Shown in pieces: positions 17,076 to 26,227 of a stretch of DNA of 54,326 nucleotides. This DNA comes from an uncultured Saprospiraceae bacterium (GTDB lineage: Bacteria > Actinomycetota > Acidimicrobiia > Spongiisociales > UBA5794). Numbering within the stretch: position 1 is the first letter of the stretch; each line of letters starts with the position of its first letter. The translations under genes and the position numbers were made by a program. The notes under the pieces were generated by a model, which saw nothing but the letters and a program-made list of their open reading frames with translations, had not been told where the DNA came from and did not search any database. Location: NCBI GenBank assembly GCA_964195515.1, contig CAXMQO010000027.1:1-54326 (forward strand), given 5' to 3'.

Positions 17076-19736
17076 CTACAGGGAGTAGCGCATCTCGCGG
17101 AATCGGCCCCGGAACTCCTCCACGATGTCGACCCAGCGGCCGTCAGGCTGCCGGTCGCCCTCGCGGACGATCTCTCCGATCAGCGGCGCAAGCTCCTCGA
17201 AGTCCGACTCGTCCATTCCGTATCGGGTCATCTCCGAGGTGCCCATACGGATGCCGCTCGCGGCGGTGAAGCTCGGATCGTCGTGCAGCGCCTGCGAATT
17301 CGTGATCACGTTGTTGTGTTCCAGGATGCCGGCGAGTCGCACGCCCTGTGCGCGGGACACACGCAGCACCACCTGATGCGTGTCCGTGAAGCCGTTGGCA
17401 AGGTCGCCCTCGATGGCGAGGCCTTCCTTCCGGAGGGCAGCGGCGAACGCACGGGCGTTCGCAATGACCTGCGGCGGGTACTGATCCCGGAATTCGAGCA
17501 TCTCGTAGGTCGCTCCGAGCAGCCCGAGCAGCGTGCCCAAATGGTGGTTGCTGACATGGCCGGGGAACGTCCGGGCCTCGACGTGGCGCCAGAACCCCTC
17601 GAAGGCCGATCCCGGCTCGATGTTGCTGAGGATGACGCCGCGTTGGGGACCGAAGTAGGTCTTGTGGGTCGATCCGGTTACGACGTCGGCGCCCTCAGCA
17701 AGTGGATCCTGGAAGTAGGGGCCGAGCAGTCCGAGCACGTGCGCCCCGTCGTACATGATGAGCGGCCGTTCGGGGTTGTCGACGCCGTAGTGCTCGTGAA
17801 CGAAGGCCGCGATCGGCGCAACCGGCTCCTTGTGAATGATGACACTGCGGCCGAAGACGATGAGGTCCGGGTTCGTTTCGGCAATCAGGTCTTTGGTTGC
17901 TTCGACGTCGATCGCATACGGTAGATCGGTGCGCAGCGCGAAATGCTCAACTGCCGGGCGCTCGGTCCTGAGGTCCATGGCAACGTAGTTCTTCAACGCA
18001 CCGCCGATCTGCGCACTGAGGTGGCCCCCCTTGTTCAGGTCGTGAACGAGGACGCGGCCGAGCGGCTGCGGAGACCGCCGGCTGTGGAATCGGTTCCTGA
18101 ATTGCTTGAGTGCGTCGTAGACGGCGTCGTTGGCCATCTGGCCGCTGATCACCCGGGGCTCGACCTGGGTGCATCGGAAGAAGGCTCGCAGTGCAGCCCG
18201 CAACTCCTCCTCCTTTTCCGTGATGAAGCCGGTGCCCTGGTAGTACCGCACATCGCCGGCGTTCGGGCCGAGGGCCTTCAACCGGTTGTGCTCGTTGTAT
18301 CTCCCGGCCGGATCCGCTCGACAGAGGGAGTCGACGAATGGTGATGTGGTCTGCTCCGAAGGAATGAGGTTGATACACGCTTCCCGTCGCCACCGTGTGT
18401 TCGCCTCGCTCTCGTCGCGCAGGCGCGCAGCTCTCGCCGGCAGGTCGCCCGTCTCGAGAACCTCGCCCGGCTCCGTCGCCTCGAAGCCCGGGTAGGGACG
18501 AACGTAGGGGGCCGTGGGCCACACATTGCGCTGCACGAGCTCGGCAGTACTCGTGCGACCGCGGGCGTCGACCACCTCGAACACGATCGGGACGTCTGAG
18601 CGGTAGCGGATATCGGAGCGGACCAGCGCGAGTCCGACGGGCCGCAGGCCGTGCTCGTCGGTCGGTACAGCGTCGATTCCCGTCCCTTCGAATTGTGTGA
18701 AGGGGACACTCGTGCCCGACGTGACGTAGCCGGCTTGTTCGCCGTCGAGGAACAGCTGGTACCCGGCACGCAGCGGCTTGCGGCCGTCGAACACTGCGAT
18801 CGGTTGTACCAGGTGCGTCAGTCGGCGCTCCTGTGCCGCTGTGGTCAGCTCGTCGCGTTTGATCAGCTCGTACTCGGTGCGCTGACGGGCGAGGTCGGTC
18901 TGCCCGATGAAGTCGTCGCCTGCGGCGCGGACCCCCCACGGTGCAAGCGAGTTAGCGAAGAGGGGAATGTCGTTGCCGTCGATGTCGGCACCGAGCTCAT
19001 GGCCGTAGAGCGGGAGACCGGCCTCGAGTCGGAGCGAATCACGCGCGGCCAGACCATTGGGTACGGCGCCCGCAGCAACGAGTCGCTCCCACAGCTCCAC
19101 CGTGAAGTCCCGCTCGGGGAACAGCTCGAAAGCCGAAGACTCCCCGGTGTAGCCGGTGCGGGCGATGATCAGCCGGTGACCGTCGACGTCGGTGACGCAC
19201 AGTCGGTTGCGCTTGTTGTCAGGTAGTTCCACACCGCGCAGAGCTGCAAGGATCACGTCGGTCGCCGCCGGACCTTGAAGTGAGATCATGCCGAGATCTT
19301 CGCTGACGTCCGTCATCTCTGACCCGTAGCGATTGTGGCCGGCGATCCAATCCCAGTCCTTCTCCCGGTTCCCGGCATTGACGACGAGGAGGTAGTCATC
19401 GTCGTCAACGCGGTACAGGTAGGCGTCGTCGAGGGCCCCACCCTCCTCATTGCCGATGAAGGTGTAGTGCGCTTCACCGACGTTCAGATTCCGCGGGTCG
19501 TTGGTGAGGACGCCGCCGAGGTGAGCGAGCGCGTTGGGACCGGTGAAGCGATACCGGCCCATGTGGGTCACATCGAAGAGGCCCGCGCCGCGGCGGGTGG
19601 CGAGATGCTCGGCGATCGTGCCCGTTCCGTACTGGACCGGCATTGCCCAGCCGGCGAATCCGATGATCGTGGCTCCGTGGCTCTCGTGCCACTCGAAGAG
19701 GGAGGTGCGGCGCAGATCCTCGGTCGATGCGTCCAT
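17076..19736 (-). CDS. gcvT-glyA: GcvT aminomethyltransferase / serine hydroxymethyltransferase fusion
   Basis: N-terminal half: FAGWAMPVQY, GLFDVTHMG, ARTGYTGE, RDSLRLEAGLPLYGHE. C-terminal half: INLIPSE, SGQMAN, GGHLS, YDGAHVLGL, GSTHKTYFGPQRG, SGIRMGT. One uninterrupted frame of 886 aa. Confidence 0.92.
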   Translation of the reverse strand: MDASTEDLRRTSLFEWHESHGATIIGFAGWAMPVQYGTGTIAEHLATRRGAGLFDVTHMGRYRFTGPNALAHLGGVLTNDPRNLNVGEAHYTFIGNEEGGALDDAYLYRVDDDDYLLVVNAGNREKDWDWIAGHNRYGSEMTDVSEDLGMISLQGPAATDVILAALRGVELPDNKRNRLCVTDVDGHRLIIARTGYTGESSAFELFPERDFTVELWERLVAAGAVPNGLAARDSLRLEAGLPLYGHELGADIDGNDIPLFANSLAPWGVRAAGDDFIGQTDLARQRTEYELIKRDELTTAAQERRLTHLVQPIAVFDGRKPLRAGYQLFLDGEQAGYVTSGTSVPFTQFEGTGIDAVPTDEHGLRPVGLALVRSDIRYRSDVPIVFEVVDARGRTSTAELVQRNVWPTAPYVRPYPGFEATEPGEVLETGDLPARAARLRDESEANTRWRREACINLIPSEQTTSPFVDSLCRADPAGRYNEHNRLKALGPNAGDVRYYQGTGFITEKEEELRAALRAFFRCTQVEPRVISGQMANDAVYDALKQFRNRFHSRRSPQPLGRVLVHDLNKGGHLSAQIGGALKNYVAMDLRTERPAVEHFALRTDLPYAIDVEATKDLIAETNPDLIVFGRSVIIHKEPVAPIAAFVHEHYGVDNPERPLIMYDGAHVLGLLGPYFQDPLAEGADVVTGSTHKTYFGPQRGVILSNIEPGSAFEGFWRHVEARTFPGHVSNHHLGTLLGLLGATYEMLEFRDQYPPQVIANARAFAAALRKEGLAIEGDLANGFTDTHQVVLRVSRAQGVRLAGILEHNNVITNSQALHDDPSFTAASGIRMGTSEMTRYGMDESDFEELAPLIGEIVREGDRQPDGRWVDIVEEFRGRFREMRYSL

Positions 19737-19923
19737 GGCGACGAGGCTAGCAGTCCGCGAGTACTCCAATTCGGGCTGAGACCCCGCCGACCGGATGCGT
19801 TCGACCTTCGCGGAACCGGCATCTTCAGACTCTGAATGTTCCGGGTCTCGGTTGTAGATGCGGTGGATCCGCGACCACCTCGAGTGGTGAGATGTGATGG
19901 TCGAGATGAGTGACACTTTGTCC

Positions 19924-20814
19924 TCAGGCCGGACCTGCAATGACTGCCGGGTCGGGCCGATTGGACGATGCCGTGAGCGAAACTGCCGCAACGGCGACGA
20001 CGATGACGACGAGTCCGACGATTTGGGACGCTCCCAACGTCTGGTCGAGGAATACCCATGCCGTGACTGCTGCCGCCACGGGTTCGGTCGTGATGACGAC
20101 GCCGATTATTCGTGCCGGCACACGCGATAGTGCCGCGATCTCCATCGAGAGAGGGAGCGCCATCGCGACCGTGCCCAGAACGACCACCGACCAGATCACC
20201 GCAGGGTCGGACGGGATCGGCATGGCCCATGGACGGGCGATGACGAACCCGACGAAGCCACCGATCGTGATGGCACCTGCTGCGAGGGGGAAACCACCGA
20301 CGATTCCTCCGACGTGTTCGCTCAGCCGCAGGTATATGGCAAGCCCCATGGCCGAGGCAAGGCCGGCGAGTAACCCCACCATGTCAAGACCATCGAGATC
20401 ACCGATCTGAACCAACAGAGCCACGCCGACCACCGCACCCATGGCAGCCGCCCAGGTGAGCCGCCGCGGATGAGCATGACCCGCTACCCGGTCCCACGTC
20501 ACCACAAGAATCGGCGCCAGGAACTCGAGGCCGACGGCAGGTCCGACCCCGATGCGATCGATCGCAACGTAAAGGCTGCCGTTGATCACGATCTGCAACA
20601 CACCGACCATTCCGACCAGAACGGGTGCTCGCCAGATCGCGACGCGGTGAACGATCGCCCACGGCAGGAGGAAGAGACCAGCGATCGCGATCCGGAGGGA
20701 CGCGAGTCGAAAGGGGTCGATCTCGTCGATGACGAACCCCACGAGCGTCGCGCTCACCCCGAAGATGACCGCACCGACGGTCGCGAGGGCGACCCCGACC
20801 GCGCCGCGGCTCAC
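19924..20814 (-). CDS. EamA/DMT family transporter
   Basis: About 10 TM helices in two repeats; LEFLAP and TTEPVAA motifs. Confidence 0.85.
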   Translation of the reverse strand: MSRGAVGVALATVGAVIFGVSATLVGFVIDEIDPFRLASLRIAIAGLFLLPWAIVHRVAIWRAPVLVGMVGVLQIVINGSLYVAIDRIGVGPAVGLEFLAPILVVTWDRVAGHAHPRRLTWAAAMGAVVGVALLVQIGDLDGLDMVGLLAGLASAMGLAIYLRLSEHVGGIVGGFPLAAGAITIGGFVGFVIARPWAMPIPSDPAVIWSVVVLGTVAMALPLSMEIAALSRVPARIIGVVITTEPVAAAVTAWVFLDQTLGASQIVGLVVIVVAVAAVSLTASSNRPDPAVIAGPA

Positions 20815-21253
20815 AGATCTCTCTCTGCCGGACGGGCGGCGAACGAGACGCAAGGTGAACGACTCGGAAGCATCTGAGGAGTTGCGGTACCTCTGCGGCG
20901 ACTCGTATTCACGTCGACCACTCTATGCGTGGGAGTCCGCGTGACTTCCGGCGACTTTGAGCGAACAGTGGAATCCCGAAGGAGCGGTTGCGCCGGATCT
21001 TGCAGGAATCGGTGAGTAATGGTGTGCTATTCGAGATGACCGATCACGCACGGCCGGCTGCGGGCGTATTCGTCCGCAGCTATTGGTCGGTGTGGTGGGC
21101 GATGTTCTCGCTGCGGTTGCCTTCGTATCGGGAATGGGTATTGCTTCGAAAAGCGTTGTCGTTGGGGACGGCATGGGGTGGGCCCGAGATTCCTTTGAAC
21201 CGACGGTCCGTGCTACGACCGTACCCGGTCACCTCATCAGACAGGATCCGAGC

Positions 21254-21697
21254 ATGACAGAACATTCAGAAGTGTGGCCCGGTGGGAAACCGGCGGTCGG
21301 CGATACTGCCGAACGTTCCCGCTCGGTTCTCGCAAGTGACATCGAGCTGTTCACCGAGATCAGCGGGGACCACAACCCGATCCACTACGACGCCGAGATT
21401 GCTGCCGCCACCCCGTTTGGGCAGATCGTTGTTCAGGGCGGTATCACGACGGCGATCCTCAACGCGGTGGTTGCCGAGGACCTTCCTGGACCGGGCACGG
21501 TGTTCCTCAACGCGAACTGGAGCTTCCGAGCACCGGTACGCCCTGGAGACGTCATCACGGGCCGCGTCGAGGTGCTCGACGTCCGTTCGGATAAACCGAT
21601 CACGAAGCTGTCCACATCCGTCGTGCGCGATGACGGCGTCGTTGCCGTCGACGGCGAAGCGCTCTGCTACACGATGCCGATCCACGCCGAATTCTGA
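21254..21697 (+). CDS. MaoC family dehydratase
   Basis: FTEISGDHNPIHYD, LPGPGTVFL and FRAPVRPGD. Confidence 0.9.
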   Translation: MTEHSEVWPGGKPAVGDTAERSRSVLASDIELFTEISGDHNPIHYDAEIAAATPFGQIVVQGGITTAILNAVVAEDLPGPGTVFLNANWSFRAPVRPGDVITGRVEVLDVRSDKPITKLSTSVVRDDGVVAVDGEALCYTMPIHAEF

Positions 21698-21770
21698 ACC
21701 GACGCCCCACCGGCACTGGTTGATCCGGGTCGCTCGCGGCCGACCGACAACCGGATCTTCGCTCAGCCGC

Positions 21771-23015
21771 CTACGTTCGTAGCTCAGCCGCCCGGGCGTG
21801 GGCCTCCAGGCCCTCCAGGCGGGCAAGCCGAGCAGCATCTCGGCTGATCATGCCGGGGTCTGTGAGCGTCAGCCACGTGGGGGCCTTGAGGAACGTTGCC
21901 ACCGAGAGGCCGGATTGGAATCGAGCTCCTCCATCCGTGGGCAACACGTGGTTGGGTCCTGCGCCGTAATCGGCGAACACCTCGGCACTCGCTTCGCCGA
22001 CGAAGAGTGACCCGTACGCTGAGAGGCGTCCCGCCACGGCATGTGGGAACTCGACGTGGAGGGCCAGATGTTCGGGAGCGATGTGATTGCACAGGTCGAC
22101 CGCCACGTCCATGTCCTCGACCACGATCGCATAGCCGCCGTCGAGCGCAGCTGATGCGATGTCGCCGGTCGGAAGCGTTTCGAGTTCCTCGTCGATGATC
22201 CGCTCGACTTCCTGGAGCAGAGTGGGTGTGTCGGTGACCAGGATCGGCAGGGCATCTGGATCGTGTTCGGCCTGTGCCAGGAGGTCAGCGGCGACCAGGT
22301 GGGGATCAGATGCCGCGTCGGCGACGACGACGATCTCGCTCGGACCGGCCAGTCCGTCGATTCCGATCTCCCCAAAGAGGTGTTTCTTGGCTGCTGTGAC
22401 CCAGCGGTTCCCCGGGCCGACCACGACATCGCTCGGTGGTGAGAACACCCCGAACGCCAGGGCTGCGATCGCCTGAGCCCCGCCGATCGCCAAGAACCCA
22501 TCGGCGCCGGCTACCGCAGCAGCGGCGAGGGTCACGTGCGTCGGGCGGGGAGACGCGACCCAGATCTGGTCGACTCCTGCGACCCGCGCAGGGATCACGG
22601 TCATCAGAACCGATGATGGCAGCGGGTACCGGCCCCCGGGGGCGTATGCGCCGGCCGTCTTCACCGGCACCCAACGGTGCCCGGCGCGGCCGCCATCAAC
22701 TTCGATGTCCAGGTCCAGGAGGCAGGTTCGCTGGTCACTGGCGAACCTGTCGATCCTTCCTGCCACGCGTTCGAGGAGCTCTCTCGTACCCGGATCGATC
22801 GTGTCGAGTGCGGATTGGAGTTCACCTTTGTTGAGAACAATGCCGTCCCCGGTGGCGAGGTCGCCCAACCGTTCGCTGTGATCCCGGACGGCAGCGTCTC
22901 CTCGGAGCCGAACATCCTCGACGATCGCTGCCGCTTGGCCCAGCGTGGCAGCGTCGACGGTCGTACGGCGTTCGGTCATCATCTGGTCTGCAGTCAGGCG
23001 TTGCAGGTGGCTCAT
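21771..23015 (-). CDS. hisD: Histidinol dehydrogenase
   Basis: YAPGGRYPLPSS, GGAQAIAA, GPGN, IDGLAGPSE, LAQAEHD, APEHL and DYGAGPNHVLPT. Confidence 0.95.
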   Translation of the reverse strand: MSHLQRLTADQMMTERRTTVDAATLGQAAAIVEDVRLRGDAAVRDHSERLGDLATGDGIVLNKGELQSALDTIDPGTRELLERVAGRIDRFASDQRTCLLDLDIEVDGGRAGHRWVPVKTAGAYAPGGRYPLPSSVLMTVIPARVAGVDQIWVASPRPTHVTLAAAAVAGADGFLAIGGAQAIAALAFGVFSPPSDVVVGPGNRWVTAAKKHLFGEIGIDGLAGPSEIVVVADAASDPHLVAADLLAQAEHDPDALPILVTDTPTLLQEVERIIDEELETLPTGDIASAALDGGYAIVVEDMDVAVDLCNHIAPEHLALHVEFPHAVAGRLSAYGSLFVGEASAEVFADYGAGPNHVLPTDGGARFQSGLSVATFLKAPTWLTLTDPGMISRDAARLARLEGLEAHARAAELRT

Positions 23016-24283
23016 TCGTCATACCCCCGTTTCGGTTCCATCGCTCGACGTTTGACCCTGAGGGCGCGCCGGTCGAGTTCGTGCTCGATGTCTTCAAACG
23101 CAACGCCCGCAGCAACCGCTTTCACCAGCGTGAAGTAGAAGACATCGGCGGCTTCTGCGGCGACGTCCTCGGGGGAGGTCGCCGTGGCCAGCTCATCGGC
23201 TTCCTCACGGAGCTTCGCGGCGAGAAGGCCTGGGTCGTTCAGAAGGCCGACCGTGTTCGAACCTTGTGGCCGCGTCCCTTCAACCAGCCGACCGAGCCGT
23301 CGGGACAGGCGGCCGACGCCCGCGTCCTCGCCCCAGCAGGAGCGAGTCTTGAGGTGACAGAAACCATCTCCGTGTTGGCGGACCGTGAAACGGAGGGCGT
23401 CACGATCGCAGTCGACATCGATCCTCAGGAGGTCTTGCGTCGATCCCGAAGTTGCTCCCTTCTCCCACAAGCCTCGGCGTCTGCTCTGGTAGATCCCCCG
23501 ACGCCGGTCGACTGCCCGGTCGAGGCTCTCGGCGCTCGACCAGGTGAGGCCGAGAGCCAGACCCCGCTCGTCGACGACCACGGTCGGCCACAGTCCATCG
23601 GAGCGCTCAGAGGTGAGTGGCGCCGCGATCGCTTCCGCGAGGGTCAAGGTCCCCGAGTAGAGGGCCATACCGACCTGGCTGTCCGCTCCGTAGCGATCGA
23701 TCTCCGCGATCTCTCGGGCGGTGGTGATCCCCCCTGCGACAGTGACCCGCGCGTTCCCCGCCGCGGCCACCGCCTCCTTCGCTCGATTCAGGTCGGTGCC
23801 GCTCATTCGTCCCTCGAGTTCGACGTACGTCACGAGGAACCCACCACAGAGATCCTTCAGTTCGGCGATCCGGCCCGGCACCGAGCCGCCGGTGTCCCGA
23901 CGCCACCCATGGGTGACGACCCGTCCGTCTCGGGAGTCGAGGGCCACGACTACCCGATCGGCCGGCAGGCGGGAGAGCAGCTCCGGCGTGGCAGCCGTTC
24001 CGATAATCACCTTCGACGCGCCGGCGTCGAGCCAGGTGAGGGCGGTCTCCGCGTCGCGGATTCCACCTCCGACCCGTATCGGCGCCCGCCGACAGAGGTC
24101 CCGGATGACGGCCTCGTTGGAACCTTCGCCACGCGCGGCGTCGATGTCGATCACGGCGACCTCGCCCGCGAGTCGGAGCCGCTCCAGGATCGGGATCGGA
24201 TCGCCGGCATTGATCGCTTCTGCCTCGCCGCCGACGAGTTGGACGGTGCGGCCTCGAACCAGGTCGATGGATGGGATGATCAT
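23012..24283 (-). CDS. hisA-hisIE: HisA-like TIM barrel / HisI / HisE fusion
   Basis: IIPSIDL, VGGGIR and AGGI (HisA); SRRRGLWEKGATSG, DCDRD and FCH...SCW (HisI); KLREEADEL and EAADVFYF (HisE). Confidence 0.9.
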   Translation of the reverse strand: MIIPSIDLVRGRTVQLVGGEAEAINAGDPIPILERLRLAGEVAVIDIDAARGEGSNEAVIRDLCRRAPIRVGGGIRDAETALTWLDAGASKVIIGTAATPELLSRLPADRVVVALDSRDGRVVTHGWRRDTGGSVPGRIAELKDLCGGFLVTYVELEGRMSGTDLNRAKEAVAAAGNARVTVAGGITTAREIAEIDRYGADSQVGMALYSGTLTLAEAIAAPLTSERSDGLWPTVVVDERGLALGLTWSSAESLDRAVDRRRGIYQSRRRGLWEKGATSGSTQDLLRIDVDCDRDALRFTVRQHGDGFCHLKTRSCWGEDAGVGRLSRRLGRLVEGTRPQGSNTVGLLNDPGLLAAKLREEADELATATSPEDVAAEAADVFYFTLVKAVAAGVAFEDIEHELDRRALRVKRRAMEPKRGYDE

Positions 24284-25035
24284 GGCCGCACCTCTGCTCC
24301 GTTCGCGATGAGCTCCTTCTTCAACGAGCCGACGGTGGTTACGCCGTCGTGCAGGATCGAAGCAATGAGCACCGCGGTTGCCCCCGAAGAGAGCGCTTCT
24401 TCGAGATGGCCTGCGTTGTCGGCCCCACCGGAGGCGATGACCGGTATGCCGACCGCCGCTGTGACCGCTTCGATGAGGTCGAGGTCGTAGCCGGACCGTG
24501 TGCCATCCCGGTCCCAGCTGGTGAGCAGGATCTCGCCTGCACCGCGAGCAGCGGCGAAACGAATCCAGCGCTTAACGTCTCGGCCTGTGCGGGTTCGGCC
24601 GCCGTTGACGACGACCTCCCACCTGTTGGACCATCGTGCGGCCGCGTCGACGGCAAGAACCGTGCATTGCGATCCGAAGCGAGTGGCAAGCTCGTCGATG
24701 AGCTCCGGTCGCTGGACGGCAGCCGTATTCACGGCGACCTTGTCGGCGCCTGCTTCCAGCAGCGCGAACGCATCTTCAACGCTCCGCACGCCTCCTCCAA
24801 CCGTCAACGGGATCGAGAGGACCTGCCGCACGCTCGATGTTGTTTCCACTGCGTTGCCTCGGCCTTCGGGCGTGGCCGACACGTCGAGGATGACGATCTC
24901 GTCCGCCCCCTGGTCCTGATACATGGAGGCCTGGGTGACGGGATCACCGGCGTCGCGCAAGTCCTGGAAACGCACGCCCTTGACGACGCGTCCATCCCTC
25001 ACATCGAGGCACGGGATGAGTCGCGGGGCCGCCAT
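24280..25035 (-). CDS. hisF: Imidazole glycerol phosphate synthase cyclase subunit
   Basis: RLIPCLDV, VVKGV.F, IPLTVGGG, GAGEILLTS.DRDGT.SGYD and IASGGA. Confidence 0.95.
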   Translation of the reverse strand: MAAPRLIPCLDVRDGRVVKGVRFQDLRDAGDPVTQASMYQDQGADEIVILDVSATPEGRGNAVETTSSVRQVLSIPLTVGGGVRSVEDAFALLEAGADKVAVNTAAVQRPELIDELATRFGSQCTVLAVDAAARWSNRWEVVVNGGRTRTGRDVKRWIRFAAARGAGEILLTSWDRDGTRSGYDLDLIEAVTAAVGIPVIASGGADNAGHLEEALSSGATAVLIASILHDGVTTVGSLKKELIANGAEVRP

Positions 25036-25646
25036 CAGGACCGGCCCCCCGTACCGTTGAGCCACCGGCCCAGGAGATCCGCCCCCCACTCTCCAGACAG
25101 CTCCGGGTGGAATTGGCAGGCGAGCACGTCACCACGTTCGATCGCGGAAACGAAGTCACCGCCATACTCGGTCTGTGTCCCGATCCAACCGTCCGGTACC
25201 GACGCAAGCTTGTAAGAGTTGGCGAAGTACGCCCATCCAGGCTTGACAAAGCGGCTCAGAGGACCCGGCGCTACGAGATTCCATCCGAGTTGCGGCACGG
25301 TGAGGTCCCGGGGGAGTCGGGTGACCCCTTCCGGAACAACACCGAGACCCGAAACGCCGGGACTCTCGTCGCTCTTCTCACCCAGAAGCTGCATGCCGAG
25401 GCAGATGGCCAGCGTCGGCCTTCCTTCCTTGATCCGATCGGTCAGGGTCTCGCGCAATCCGTGCCGGTCGATGTGGCCCATGGCAGCCCCGAACGCCCCC
25501 ACCCCCGGCAGCACCAAATAGTCGGCGTCCCTGACCTCGTCAGGATTCTTCGCAGGCTTCGGTTCGGCTTCGAGTCGACGAAAGGCCGCGGCCACGGATG
25601 CGGCGTTGGCGGTACCCGTGGGGACGACGACCACATCGGCGCTCAT
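25035..25646 (-). CDS. hisH: Imidazole glycerol phosphate synthase glutaminase subunit
   Basis: LPGVGAF, ICLGMQ and QFHPE. Confidence 0.93.
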   Translation of the reverse strand: MSADVVVVPTGTANAASVAAAFRRLEAEPKPAKNPDEVRDADYLVLPGVGAFGAAMGHIDRHGLRETLTDRIKEGRPTLAICLGMQLLGEKSDESPGVSGLGVVPEGVTRLPRDLTVPQLGWNLVAPGPLSRFVKPGWAYFANSYKLASVPDGWIGTQTEYGGDFVSAIERGDVLACQFHPELSGEWGADLLGRWLNGTGGRS

Positions 25647-26227
25647 CCGAGCGAGCCTTTGGTACTCGGCGTCCCGATCGTCGTGATTGCCACGGCCGAC
25701 TTCAGTGCGAGGGCTGTTGCCTTGAACGCCGCCTCTGCCTTGTGATGATCGTTGTCACCCCTGATGAGATCTACATGCAGCGCCATTCGGCTCTCGATGG
25801 CGAGAGAACGGAAGAAGTGAACGATGTTCTCCGCGGCCACATCACCGATCCGGTCTCTTGCCAGACCGATGTGAACCTCGGGCCAGGGGCGACCGGAGAG
25901 ATCCACAACACTTCGCACCAGGGCTTCGTCGAGCGCCGCGTACGCGTATCCAAATCGTTTGATGCCCTCGCGGTTCCCGAGAGCGCTGTCGATTCCTCGT
26001 CCGAGGACGATGGCGCAATCCTCCACGGTGTGGTGGTCGTCGATGGTGGTGTCTCCCGTCGCGCTCAGGACCACATCGAACCCCGAGTGTTTGGCCAGCG
26101 TGACCAGCATGTGGTCGAGGAATCCAAGGCCGGTTGCAACTTCCGACAGGCCGGTCCCGTCGAGATCGATCCGACCGGTGATGGCCGTTTCGTTCGTTCT
26201 TCGGTCGAGGGTTGCGGTTCTGGTCAT
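25643..26227 (-). CDS. hisB: Imidazoleglycerol-phosphate dehydratase
   Basis: RRTNET, FLDHML, DDHHTVED, NDHHKAEAAFKA and PSTKG. Confidence 0.95.
   Translation of the reverse strand: MTRTATLDRRTNETAITGRIDLDGTGLSEVATGLGFLDHMLVTLAKHSGFDVVLSATGDTTIDDHHTVEDCAIVLGRGIDSALGNREGIKRFGYAYAALDEALVRSVVDLSGRPWPEVHIGLARDRIGDVAAENIVHFFRSLAIESRMALHVDLIRGDNDHHKAEAAFKATALALKSAVAITTIGTPSTKGSLG

Noticed and set aside
20815-21253. Possible riboswitch or sRNA upstream of the EamA and gcvT-glyA genes
   Set aside because: Only a faint resemblance to glycine-aptamer words and no convincing stems. An Rfam search would be needed.
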